DNA of 64,000 bases from an uncultured Flavobacteriales bacterium (lineage in GTDB: Bacteria; Bacteroidota; Bacteroidia; Flavobacteriales; UBA7312), in the NCBI GenBank assembly GCA_913048435.1, contig CAJWWC010000001.1:118777-182776 (forward strand), read 5' to 3'. The notes under the pieces were generated by a model. The model searched no databases. It was not told the DNA's origin and saw only the letters and a list, made by a program, of their open reading frames with translations. Below are positions 40,995 to 50,882 of the stretch, in pieces. A program made the position numbers and the translations under genes. The first letter of the stretch is position 1. Every line of letters begins with the position of its first letter.

Positions 40995-43874
40995 TTAATT
41001 ATAATTATCGATACTCTCACATGAGCACACCAAATTTCTATCTCCGAAAGCATCGTCAACACGACTTACATTTGGCCAGAATTTATTCTCATTGACAAAA
41101 GAAAGCGGAAATGCTGCTTCTTTTCGGCTGTATGGTTTTTTCCAAATATCACTAGCTATCAAATTAATTGTATGTGGAGCATTTTTTAACACATTATCTT
41201 TTTCGTCATATTGTCCACTTGCAACATTATTAATCTCATTTCTAATAGATTTCATAGCTGCAATGAATTTATCCAATTCTTGTTTACTTTCACTTTCAGT
41301 GGGTTCAACCATAAGCGTTCCAGCTACAGGAAATGAGACTGTAGGTGCATGGAACCCATAATCCATAAGTCGTTTTGCTATGTCCGTAACTTCTATACCA
41401 ATATCCTTGAATGGTCGGCAATCTAGTATCATTTCATGAGCCACTAAATCATTGGGATTGGTATATAATATGTTGTAGTCATCTTTTAATTCTTTTTTTA
41501 TGTAGTTGGCATTTAAAATAGCTACTTCAGTTGATTTTGTTAATCCTTCTTGACCTAACATTTTGATGTAGGCATATGAAATACACAACACTAGTGATGA
41601 ACCCCATGGTGCTGCAGAAATTGCAGAAATTGCTTTTTCACCTCCTGTTGGAATAAGGGGGTTGGAGGGTAAGAATGGTTTTAAATGCTCTACCACTCCT
41701 ATTGGTCCCATCCCTGGACCTCCTCCTCCATGAGGAATAGCAAATGTTTTATGAAGATTAAGATGACATACATCAGCTCCAATAATAGCTGGATTTGTTA
41801 ATCCAACTTGAGCATTCATGTTAGCGCCATCCATATACACTTGTCCTCCATGTTGATGAATGATACTTGTCACTTCAATTACTGATTCTTCAAATACACC
41901 ATGTGTAGATGGGTAAGTAATCATCAAAGCAGCTAAATTTTCACTGTGTTCTTCTGCTTTTGCTTTAAGATCATCAACATTAATGTTACCCATTTCATCG
42001 CATTTAGTAACAACTACTTTCATGCCTGCCATTGTTGCTGAAGCTGGATTCGTTCCGTGAGCAGATGAAGGAATAAGGCAAATGTTTCTATTGCTTTCAT
42101 TTCTGCTTTGGTGATATGCTCTTATTACCATTAATCCAGCATATTCACCTTGAGCACCCGAGTTGGGCTGTAATGATATACCGTCAAAACCAGTAATTTC
42201 ACAAAGGGATTCTTCAAGTTCGTGAAACATAATTTGATAGCCTCGAGCTTGATTTATCGGTGCAAATGGGTGTATATTACTAAATTCACTCCAACTTAAA
42301 GGAAAAAGCTCAGCAGCAGCATTTAGTTTCATAGTACATGATCCCAATGGTATCATAGAATGATTTAATGCTAAATCTTTGTTCTCCAATCGTTTAATGT
42401 AGCGCATCATTTCGGTCTCACTGTGGTAAGTGCTAAATACCTTGTGTTGCATATATGGGCTTTCTCTGTACAATTCTTTTGGGATAAAGGAATTGGCATC
42501 TAAATAATTTCCGCTCAACACATTTTTTATTAATTCGGTTGGGTCAGAGTGATTACAGCTTTTTGCAAATACTGTTAGAATATCATTTATATTTTGAAGA
42601 CCATCTTTTTCGTCAATTGAAATAGAAAGATGTTTATCATCTATATAATTAAAATTCATCTTAGCATCTTCAGCAAATACCCTGAGTGTATCAATAGACA
42701 CGTCATTTATATTAACTAAAATAGTGTCAAAGTAATTTTTATTGAGTTGTTTGTAGCCCAATTGCTCTAAACCTTCAGTTAATACACATGTTAGGCCGTG
42801 TATTTTTCTAGCAATATTTTTCAATCGTTTTGGACCGTGATATACACCGTACATTCCCGCCATAACGGACAGTAACACTTGAGCAGTACAGATATTAGAC
42901 GTTGCTCTTTCTCGCTTGATATGTTGTTCTCTTGTTTGAAGAGCCATTCTCAATGCTCTATTGCCTTCAGCATCAATTGTGACACCGATAATTCTGCCAG
43001 GAATATTTCTTTTATAGCTTTCTTTTGTAGCGAAATAGGCCGCGTGAGGACCGCCATAACCCATAGGTATTCCAAAACGTTGGGTCGTTCCAACTACGAC
43101 ATCTGCTCCCCATTCACCAGGAGGTGTTAAAAGAGTAAGGCTTAATAAATCGGCTGCCACAGCAATACCAACATTATTATTTTTAGCATCTTGCGCTAAA
43201 ATTTTATAGTTTTCAATATTACCATATTTGCAAGGATACTGAACTAACATACCAAAAACATCATCAGAAAAAATGAAATCAGAATGTTCAACAATTTGAA
43301 GTTTTATGCCAATAGGAGTAGCTCTTGTTTTTAGGACATCTATAGTTTGAGGAAAGCAATCTTTAGAAACTAAAAATGTACAAGCTTGGGCTTTTTTCTT
43401 GTCTTTGTGTCTAGCATTAAATAGCATTATCATTGCTTCAGCCGCTGCAGTCCCTTCGTCTAACAATGAGGCATTAGCAATTTCCATAGCAGTCAAATCA
43501 GTTACCATGGTTTGATAATTCAATAAAGCCTCAAGTCTGCCTTGTGCAATTTCAGCTTGATATGGCGTGTAAGCCGTATACCAACCCGGATTTTCTAATA
43601 TATTTCTTTGAATAACGCCAGGAAGAATAGTGTTGTAATAGCCCAGTCCAATGTAAGATCTATAATTTTTATTTTTTTGACCTAGCATTTTCATATGATC
43701 AAGTAACTCAGATTCGTTAAGAGCTTTAGGCAAATCCATTTTCTTTGTTAGTCGGATAGCTTGAGGAATAGCAAGGTCGATAAGCTCACTAATATTAGAA
43801 ACTCCAATCTTGTTAAGCATGTTTTCTTGGTCGCTTGGTCGTGGGCCGATATGGCGTTCTGAGAACTGATTCAT
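40995..43874 (-). CDS. gcvP: Glycine dehydrogenase (glycine cleavage P protein)
   Basis: [44 protein letters not shown]. Confidence 0.97.
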   Translation of the reverse strand: MNQFSERHIGPRPSDQENMLNKIGVSNISELIDLAIPQAIRLTKKMDLPKALNESELLDHMKMLGQKNKNYRSYIGLGYYNTILPGVIQRNILENPGWYTAYTPYQAEIAQGRLEALLNYQTMVTDLTAMEIANASLLDEGTAAAEAMIMLFNARHKDKKKAQACTFLVSKDCFPQTIDVLKTRATPIGIKLQIVEHSDFIFSDDVFGMLVQYPCKYGNIENYKILAQDAKNNNVGIAVAADLLSLTLLTPPGEWGADVVVGTTQRFGIPMGYGGPHAAYFATKESYKRNIPGRIIGVTIDAEGNRALRMALQTREQHIKRERATSNICTAQVLLSVMAGMYGVYHGPKRLKNIARKIHGLTCVLTEGLEQLGYKQLNKNYFDTILVNINDVSIDTLRVFAEDAKMNFNYIDDKHLSISIDEKDGLQNINDILTVFAKSCNHSDPTELIKNVLSGNYLDANSFIPKELYRESPYMQHKVFSTYHSETEMMRYIKRLENKDLALNHSMIPLGSCTMKLNAAAELFPLSWSEFSNIHPFAPINQARGYQIMFHELEESLCEITGFDGISLQPNSGAQGEYAGLMVIRAYHQSRNESNRNICLIPSSAHGTNPASATMAGMKVVVTKCDEMGNINVDDLKAKAEEHSENLAALMITYPSTHGVFEESVIEVTSIIHQHGGQVYMDGANMNAQVGLTNPAIIGADVCHLNLHKTFAIPHGGGGPGMGPIGVVEHLKPFLPSNPLIPTGGEKAISAISAAPWGSSLVLCISYAYIKMLGQEGLTKSTEVAILNANYIKKELKDDYNILYTNPNDLVAHEMILDCRPFKDIGIEVTDIAKRLMDYGFHAPTVSFPVAGTLMVEPTESESKQELDKFIAAMKSIRNEINNVASGQYDEKDNVLKNAPHTINLIASDIWKKPYSRKEAAFPLSFVNENKFWPNVSRVDDAFGDRNLVCSCESIDNYN

Positions 43875-43951
43875 ATTATTAATTTAATTAGAGTACAAAA
43901 ATATGAAATGAAGTTGTAATTTGATGAACTAATATTCTATATTTTTAGCTA

Positions 43952-44821
43952 GTGGATTTGCTGAAAAAATTTGGTCAATTTGTAGTTTACAGTAATGTCT
44001 TTGTATCATCTTGTGTCCTTGCACTGTGTCAAAGTACTAGCATAATAATAGGTGTCGATTCATCACATCTTTTACCATTTGTATTTTTCTCAACTTTATT
44101 TGCCTATAATTTTCAACGTATAGTGAGGTTTAATCCAATCAAAGGACAATCAGCACATCTAGACTGGCTCAATAAGAATAGACTATTTATAATTTTAATA
44201 ACTGTAATTAGCTTATTTCTGTCCGTTTATTATGCCTTGACTTTGTCATTTTCGACATTTTATTTTTTGATACCTGCCTCAATCATTAGCTTGTCTTATC
44301 CAATCAAGATAATTCCTTTAGGAAGTCAAATGGTTTCCTTGAGAGAACTGCCAAGAGCCAAAATATTTCTTATAGCATTAGTTTGGTCTATAGTTAGCGT
44401 TGTTCTAGTCACTCTTGAAAATGATTCATTTTATAGTCTTGATACTCTATTGCTTTTTATCAGTAGATTTAGTTTTGTTTTGGCAATAACAATACCTTTC
44501 GACATTAGAGATTTAAAATATGATGATTTATCATTGAAAACGATTCCTCAAATTTTTGGTGAGCAAAAAGCAAAAATGATAGCGTTGTATTGTCTTGCTT
44601 TTTTTGAACTGATTTCTATATTTCACTTTTTTGTTGGTCATTTTTCGTGGCAGCTTTTATTAGCACTGATCCTTACTTCTTTTCTAAGCGGAATTTTGGT
44701 AATTAAATCCTCTCAATTAAATAATAATTTCTTCTTCTCTTTCTGGGTAGAAGGAGCAAGTATAATAATGTATTTACTTCTTTTTATATTCCCATTGGCT
44801 TTTGGTATCTTAGCCCTCTAA
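43952..44821 (+). CDS. UbiA-superfamily prenyltransferase-like membrane protein
   Basis: About 8 TMs. Second Asp motif FDIRDLKYD..LKTIP..FG is present; first motif is degenerate (YNFQR). GTG start. Confidence 0.65.
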   Translation: MDLLKKFGQFVVYSNVFVSSCVLALCQSTSIIIGVDSSHLLPFVFFSTLFAYNFQRIVRFNPIKGQSAHLDWLNKNRLFIILITVISLFLSVYYALTLSFSTFYFLIPASIISLSYPIKIIPLGSQMVSLRELPRAKIFLIALVWSIVSVVLVTLENDSFYSLDTLLLFISRFSFVLAITIPFDIRDLKYDDLSLKTIPQIFGEQKAKMIALYCLAFFELISIFHFFVGHFSWQLLLALILTSFLSGILVIKSSQLNNNFFFSFWVEGASIIMYLLLFIFPLAFGILAL

Positions 44822-44830
44822 TTTAACATC

Positions 44831-46099
44831 ATGCAAAATACTTTAGAATTTGCCCAAGATTCTGACCAGCAAGATGAGCTGTCAGCTTACAGACAACGTT
44901 TTTATCTTCCTAAAATTAATGGGAAGGATGCACTTTATTTTACTGGCAATTCTTTAGGATTACAGCCAAAAAGCACTAGGGAATATGTTCAGCAGGAGTT
45001 AGATGACTGGGCGAAATATGGGGTTGAAGGTCATTTCGAAGCCAAAAATCCGTGGGTATCTTATCATAAAATATTATCCAAGCCATTTGCTAAATTAGTA
45101 GGAGCAAATAATCAAGAGGTTGTTGCTATGAATGGGCTTAGTGTTAATCTTCACCTGATGATGGTTTCATTCTATCAGCCAACTTCCAAGCGTACTAAAA
45201 TTATCTGTGAAGCAAAAGCATTTCCTTCAGACCAATATATGCTTGAAAGTCAAGTTAAATTTCATGGCTTAAACCCAGATGACACTATTGTAGAGGTTTA
45301 CCCTCGTGATGAAGAACACACCATAAGAGAAGAGGATATATTATCAACCATTGAAGAGGTTGGAGATGAATTGGCTCTTGTCTTTTGGGGCGGTGTAAAT
45401 TATTACAGTGGTCAAGTCTTTGATATGGCAAAAATTACCGAAAAAGCGCATGCTCAAGGCGCTTATGTTGGCTTTGATTTAGCCCATGCTGTAGGCAATA
45501 TTGAATTGAAGTTACACGATTGGAATGTTGATTTTGCCTGTTGGTGTTCTTACAAGTATTTGAATGCTGGTCCTGGTAGTATTTCCGGTGTTTTTGTACA
45601 TCAAAAGCATGATAATAATTCCAATTTACTGCGCTTTGCAGGTTGGTGGGGGCACGATGAAGAACGTCGTTTTTTGATGGAAAAAAACTTTGTGCCGATG
45701 CAAGGAGCACAAGGTTGGCAATTAAGTAATGCTCCTGTTTTTGCGATAGCTCCTTGTAAGGCTAGTATGGATATTTTTGATGAAGTAGGTATGTCTCGAC
45801 TAGTGTCTAAAAGTAAACGTTTGACAAACTATATGGAATTTGTATTCAATGATATATCATCTAGATACGATAATTGCGATTTAGAGATTATCACTCCAAA
45901 AGATGAAAAATATAGAGGTTGTCAATTGTCTGTTTTATGTCACGGTCAGGGTAGGTCGATGTTTGACTTTATTACAAAAAAAGGCGTTATTGCAGATTGG
46001 AGAGAACCAAACGTTATTCGTTTTGCACCTGTCCCACTATACAATTCCTTTGAAGATATATATCAGTTAGGTCAAATCATAGAAAAAGCATTATCATGA
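44831..46099 (+). CDS. kynU: Kynureninase
   Basis: [42 protein letters not shown]. Confidence 0.95.
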   Translation: MQNTLEFAQDSDQQDELSAYRQRFYLPKINGKDALYFTGNSLGLQPKSTREYVQQELDDWAKYGVEGHFEAKNPWVSYHKILSKPFAKLVGANNQEVVAMNGLSVNLHLMMVSFYQPTSKRTKIICEAKAFPSDQYMLESQVKFHGLNPDDTIVEVYPRDEEHTIREEDILSTIEEVGDELALVFWGGVNYYSGQVFDMAKITEKAHAQGAYVGFDLAHAVGNIELKLHDWNVDFACWCSYKYLNAGPGSISGVFVHQKHDNNSNLLRFAGWWGHDEERRFLMEKNFVPMQGAQGWQLSNAPVFAIAPCKASMDIFDEVGMSRLVSKSKRLTNYMEFVFNDISSRYDNCDLEIITPKDEKYRGCQLSVLCHGQGRSMFDFITKKGVIADWREPNVIRFAPVPLYNSFEDIYQLGQIIEKALS

Positions 46100-47433
46100 G
46101 AAAAAAAGTTACAATAGCGGGTGCCGGTTTGGTAGGTTCTTTAGAAGCTATCTACTTGGCCAAGCGTGGGTTTCAAGTTGAGATTTATGAAAGACGACCA
46201 GACATGAGAAAAGTTGAGTTATCCGCTGGTCGTTCTATCAATTTAGCTTTATCTGCAAGAGGTTGGAATGCTCTAAAGGCGGTTGATGTAGATCAAGATG
46301 TGGAGAAGATGGCTATTCCAATGTATAAAAGAGTTATGCATGCAGTTGACGGTTCTCTCACTGACCAACAGTACGGTCAAGATGGTGAGGCTATTTATTC
46401 TGTATCTCGTGGTGGTCTTAATCAATTGCTGATGAACTTAGCTGGCGAGCAAGAAAATGTGAATATGCATTTCAACTATAAGTGTGTTGATGTAGATTTA
46501 AAGTTAGCGTCTGCAATCTTTGAGCATAATGATGGAAATCAGAAAAATGTCGATGCTGATATGATTATTGGTGCAGATGGAGCATATTCTGTGATACGTT
46601 CAAAAATGATTAAGCAAGACCGTTTTCAGTATTCGCAACATTATATTGAACACGGTTACAAAGAGCTAACAATACCAGCCAATTCAGATGGCACACACAA
46701 ATTAGAAGTTAATGCCTTACACATTTGGCCAAGAGGAAGCTATATGCTTATTGCTCTGCCAAACATGGACGGTAGTTTTACTTGCACACTATTTTTTCCA
46801 TATGAAGGTGAGTATTCCTTTAACAGTTTACAAACCAAACAACAGGTTTACGATTTTTTCAAAGAGGTATTTCCAGATACTTTAGACTTAATCCCTAATT
46901 TGGTAGAAGAATATTTTCAAAACCCTACCTCATCATTAGCTATAATGCGTTGCAACCCTTGGACTGTCGATGATAAAGTGTTGCTCATTGGAGATGCCGC
47001 TCATGCAACAGTTCCCTTTTATGGCCAAGGAATGAATGCAGGTTTTGAGGGCTGTTTTGTTTTAGATCAGTTAATGCAAAAACATGGCGAAGATTGGAAG
47101 GCTTGTTTTGATGAATATTCTAAAATAAGAAAGCCAGATGGTGATGGTGTTCAAGATTTATCTATGCACAATTTTATTGTTATGCGAGATAAGACCGCGG
47201 ACCCTAAATTCTTACTTCAGAAAAAAATAGAACTACATTTTTCCAAAAAATATCCTGATAAGTGGTTGCCTTTGTATTCTATGGTTTCATTTAGCACTAT
47301 TCGTTATTCTGAAGCATGGGAAATTGGAAAACAACAAGAAAAGCTTATGCAGAAAGTTATGGAAGTTCCTAACATTGAAGATAAATGGGAGAGTGATGAG
47401 GTGGAACAGTTGATGCTTAGTTTAATCGCTTGA
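46096..47433 (+). CDS. kmo: Kynurenine 3-monooxygenase
   Basis: [48 protein letters not shown]. Confidence 0.93.
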   Translation: MRKKVTIAGAGLVGSLEAIYLAKRGFQVEIYERRPDMRKVELSAGRSINLALSARGWNALKAVDVDQDVEKMAIPMYKRVMHAVDGSLTDQQYGQDGEAIYSVSRGGLNQLLMNLAGEQENVNMHFNYKCVDVDLKLASAIFEHNDGNQKNVDADMIIGADGAYSVIRSKMIKQDRFQYSQHYIEHGYKELTIPANSDGTHKLEVNALHIWPRGSYMLIALPNMDGSFTCTLFFPYEGEYSFNSLQTKQQVYDFFKEVFPDTLDLIPNLVEEYFQNPTSSLAIMRCNPWTVDDKVLLIGDAAHATVPFYGQGMNAGFEGCFVLDQLMQKHGEDWKACFDEYSKIRKPDGDGVQDLSMHNFIVMRDKTADPKFLLQKKIELHFSKKYPDKWLPLYSMVSFSTIRYSEAWEIGKQQEKLMQKVMEVPNIEDKWESDEVEQLMLSLIA

Positions 47434-48647
47434 GAAAAATTTTAAAATCATATGCAAGCTTAGAAAAGCATGTTCTGCTAATGATAAGAGCAGAGTTTTT
47501 TATCCAGCTAATTGGTGCAGCTTTTTTTCTTATCCTAAATATTTATTTAGCTAAAGAGGGGTTTAGTGACCCCGAAATAGCTAACTATATCTCCTATCGT
47601 TTTTTGGCGGTAATGGTCTTAGCTTTTCCTTTGGGGTTTTACATTAAAGGTAAACGCCTAAAACCATTTTTTATGATAGGTAGTCTTGGCGTTCCTTTGG
47701 TGGCTATCGCTATGATACTTGCTATCCGTAATCGGATGTTTGTTTTTCTACCCTATTTGTTTGTGTTTTGGGGTATAGTATTTACATGTTTTCAAGTCAG
47801 TACCTTACCATACATAATGAGAAATACTTCAAAAGAAAACCAATCTCATGCAATATCTTTAAATTACGCAACACATAGTTTTGGAACAATTATTTGTAGT
47901 ATTATCATATTTATTTTAAGTCGTTCATTTAGAACTATCGATGAGGGGGTTATCCTTTTGTTCATTTCATTAGTGGGGCTTACTGGTATATTTTTCCTAA
48001 TGCAAATCAAAACTGACGATGTAATAGTAGAAAAGAAAGCTATTCAATGGAAGTCTTACGACTGGATTTTGTTGTTTAAAGCCATAGTGCCAACTATAAT
48101 AATTTCAGTTGGTGCAGGTTTGACTATCCCATTTATCAATTTATTTTTCTATCACGATTTTGGTGTTGATTCTTCAGAGTTTGCTGTAATAGGTGGTGGA
48201 GCTAGTTTGCTGGTCGCTTTTATGGCTTTGTTAGTTCCAAAGGTCAAAGATATATTAGGATTTAAAAAAGGTATTACACTAACTCAGTCCATTGCTGTTT
48301 TAGCTTTAGTAGCTTTAGCTACGACAGAGTTTTTTGTTGAGTATTGGTGGGCTTTACCATTGGCTATCCTATGCTTTTGGATACGTACACCTTTAATGAA
48401 TATGGCTGCGCCCATGACTTCAGAGCTAACTATGAATTATGTAGGCAAGGAAAACCAAGAAATTTTATCTGCTATAACTGCTGCTATTTGGAGTGGTAGC
48501 TGGTACTTCAGTTCTCAAATATTTAGATTTTTAAAAGGAATGGATATGCCATACGCTTATATTTTTTATATCACAGCAGCTTTTTATGCTTTTGGTGTGT
48601 TTACTTATTATCTACTTATATTGGATTATGAAAGAAGAGCGGAATAA
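47430..48647 (+). CDS. MFS transporter
   Basis: About 12 TMs in two halves; TTG start overlapping the kmo stop (TTGA). Confidence 0.8.
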   Translation: MRKILKSYASLEKHVLLMIRAEFFIQLIGAAFFLILNIYLAKEGFSDPEIANYISYRFLAVMVLAFPLGFYIKGKRLKPFFMIGSLGVPLVAIAMILAIRNRMFVFLPYLFVFWGIVFTCFQVSTLPYIMRNTSKENQSHAISLNYATHSFGTIICSIIIFILSRSFRTIDEGVILLFISLVGLTGIFFLMQIKTDDVIVEKKAIQWKSYDWILLFKAIVPTIIISVGAGLTIPFINLFFYHDFGVDSSEFAVIGGGASLLVAFMALLVPKVKDILGFKKGITLTQSIAVLALVALATTEFFVEYWWALPLAILCFWIRTPLMNMAAPMTSELTMNYVGKENQEILSAITAAIWSGSWYFSSQIFRFLKGMDMPYAYIFYITAAFYAFGVFTYYLLILDYERRAE

Positions 48648-48650
48648 TTT

Positions 48651-49295
48651 TTAATTTTTCAAAAAAGGGTTATTGGTTTTTTCAAAACCGATAGTAGTAG
48701 TCGGACCATGTCCGCAATAAATTTTGGTATTGTCATCAAGTGGTAGAAGTTTTTCTTTGATACTTTCAATTAGTCTATCAAAATCACCGCCTGGCAAATC
48801 AGTTCTGCCTATACTCATTTGAAACAACACATCTCCACTAATTATAAAATTATGCTTCTCAGAATGAAGAACAATATGGCCAGGGGCATGACCTGGAGTA
48901 AATAGAATGTCTAACTCACTTTCTCCAAATTTTATTTTTTCACCTTCATTTAAAAAATGAGAGGGTAAGGGGCTTTCTTGATAATTGTGAAATCCATAGA
49001 CTGTACAATAATCTTTCACAGAATTAAGTGTTGACACATCCAATTCATGCATAGCTAAATCTAACTTCCATTTGTCAGCAACAAAATGGTTGCCTAACAC
49101 GTGGTCTATGTGACAGTGCGTATTTATTAGAAGGACTGGCTTAAGTTTATTTTCAGTAACGAAATTGCTAAGAGTTTCTTTTTCCTGATTATCATAGCAA
49201 CCCGGGTCAACTATGATACATTCTTTGGTGTCGTCAAACAAAACGTAGGTGTTTTCTTGAAAGCCATTAAATGTGAAAGTTTGTATTTGTATCAT
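48651..49295 (-). CDS. MBL-fold metallo-hydrolase (glyoxalase II/YcbL-like)
   Basis: THCHIDH, TPGHAPGH, GD.LF..SIGRTD, GHG. Confidence 0.92.
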   Translation of the reverse strand: MIQIQTFTFNGFQENTYVLFDDTKECIIVDPGCYDNQEKETLSNFVTENKLKPVLLINTHCHIDHVLGNHFVADKWKLDLAMHELDVSTLNSVKDYCTVYGFHNYQESPLPSHFLNEGEKIKFGESELDILFTPGHAPGHIVLHSEKHNFIISGDVLFQMSIGRTDLPGGDFDRLIESIKEKLLPLDDNTKIYCGHGPTTTIGFEKTNNPFLKN

Positions 49296-49299
49296 AAGG

Positions 49300-49307
49300 C
49301 AAAGATA
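49300..49307 (-). promoter_or_regulatory. -7 promoter element TATCTTTG for MBL hydrolase
   Basis: TAnnTTTG match 4 nt before the ATG. Confidence 0.7.
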
Positions 49308-49341
49308 TTTGATTTATATATCTTAGCAAGGAATTTATACT

Positions 49342-49710
49342 ATGTCTACAATAACGTTATTTTTTTTAATTTTAATAGGTTTAGCAGCAGGATTGTTGAG
49401 TGGATTTATAGGTGTTGGTGGTGGAATAATTATCATTCCTTTATTAATGATTTTATTGGGAATGACCCAACATCAAGCGCAAGGGACTAGTCTAGCAGTT
49501 ATGTTACCACCAATTGGTATATTGGCTGCCTGGAATTATCACAAAGCGGGTTTTGTTGATTGGAAATATGCCTTAATAATTTCAGTGGCTTTTATTGTGG
49601 GTGGTTACTTAAGTTCAAAATGGGCAGTAAACGTTGACGCAAAAACACTAAAAAAAGTCTTTGGCATAATGCTACTTTTCGGAGGCTTTAAATTAATCTT
49701 TGGCAAATGA
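49342..49710 (+). CDS. Half-size TSUP (TauE/SafE) transporter
   Basis: G..AG.LSG..GVGGG....P, AQGTSL; 122 aa, a single repeat. Confidence 0.85.
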   Translation: MSTITLFFLILIGLAAGLLSGFIGVGGGIIIIPLLMILLGMTQHQAQGTSLAVMLPPIGILAAWNYHKAGFVDWKYALIISVAFIVGGYLSSKWAVNVDAKTLKKVFGIMLLFGGFKLIFGK

Positions 49711-50882
49711 AAAATCTTCAAAATAAGATAAAATCTCTTGCAGAAAATTTTTTCAAAGATACTGTTGAGATTAGGCGGCACCTACATGCTAATCCCGAAC
49801 TTTCTTTTAAAGAATACAATACATCAGAGTATATTCAGCAAAAACTTACAGCATACGGTATCTCTTTTACTTCTGGATTAGTAGAAACAGGGGTTGTAGG
49901 ACTCATAAAAGGTAGAAGCCCAATTTCTCAATGCATCGCCTTACGTGCAGATATAGATGCTTTACCAATACAGGAATTAAATGACTTAGATTATACATCT
50001 AAAAATAGTGGGGTTATGCACGCTTGTGGGCACGATTTTCATACAGCATCGCTTTTAGGAGTAGGGCGTATCCTCAATGAATTGAAAGAGGAATGGGAGG
50101 GAACAATTAAGTTAATATTTCAGCCTGGTGAAGAAAAATTACCTGGTGGTGCATCTTTAATGATTGCCGAAGGTGTATTAGAAAATCCAAAAGTTGATAA
50201 AATTATTGGTCAACATGTTTCGCCTGAGCTAGATTGTGGTGTAATTGGAATGCGTGGTGGAATGTTTATGGCATCAGCAGACGAAATATATATAGATATT
50301 ATTGGCAAAGGAGGGCATGCAGCACTTCCTAAGGGCAGGGTAAACCCCTTGGTTATTGCCAGTAAAATTATAACAGCCTTATACGATAGGTTTGATCGAG
50401 TAAAAGACACTCCATCGGTATTTTCTCTTGGAGTCATAGAAGGCGGTTCTGCTGGCAATATTATACCTGAAACTGTTAGTTTACAAGGTACTTTTAGAGC
50501 TATGAATGAACAATGGCGTAAAGAAGCACACCAAATTATAAGAGACATTTGTTATTCTACAGCACAAGAAATGAATGGTAAATGTAATATTGATATTAAA
50601 GTTGGCTATCCTTTTTTAAAAAATGATGAGTCTTTTACAAAGCTATGTTTTGAAAATGCTCAAAAGTTCATAGGTGCTAAAAATGTGATTGAAATTTCAA
50701 AACGAATGACTGCTGAAGACTTCTCGTATTATTCGCATAATGTACCGGCTTGTTTTTACAGGCTAGGTGTGGGTATAAACAACCAAGATAGAAAACATTT
50801 GCACAACGCTTATTTTGATGTCGATGAGTCGGCTTTAAAAAATAGTATTGGAATAATGAGTTGGCTAGCTATAAACAGTTAG
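49707..50882 (+). CDS. M20D family amidohydrolase
   Basis: RHLH.NPELS, RADIDALP, MHACGHD, FQPGEE, AEDFS, LHN..FD. Confidence 0.92.
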   Translation: MKNLQNKIKSLAENFFKDTVEIRRHLHANPELSFKEYNTSEYIQQKLTAYGISFTSGLVETGVVGLIKGRSPISQCIALRADIDALPIQELNDLDYTSKNSGVMHACGHDFHTASLLGVGRILNELKEEWEGTIKLIFQPGEEKLPGGASLMIAEGVLENPKVDKIIGQHVSPELDCGVIGMRGGMFMASADEIYIDIIGKGGHAALPKGRVNPLVIASKIITALYDRFDRVKDTPSVFSLGVIEGGSAGNIIPETVSLQGTFRAMNEQWRKEAHQIIRDICYSTAQEMNGKCNIDIKVGYPFLKNDESFTKLCFENAQKFIGAKNVIEISKRMTAEDFSYYSHNVPACFYRLGVGINNQDRKHLHNAYFDVDESALKNSIGIMSWLAINS

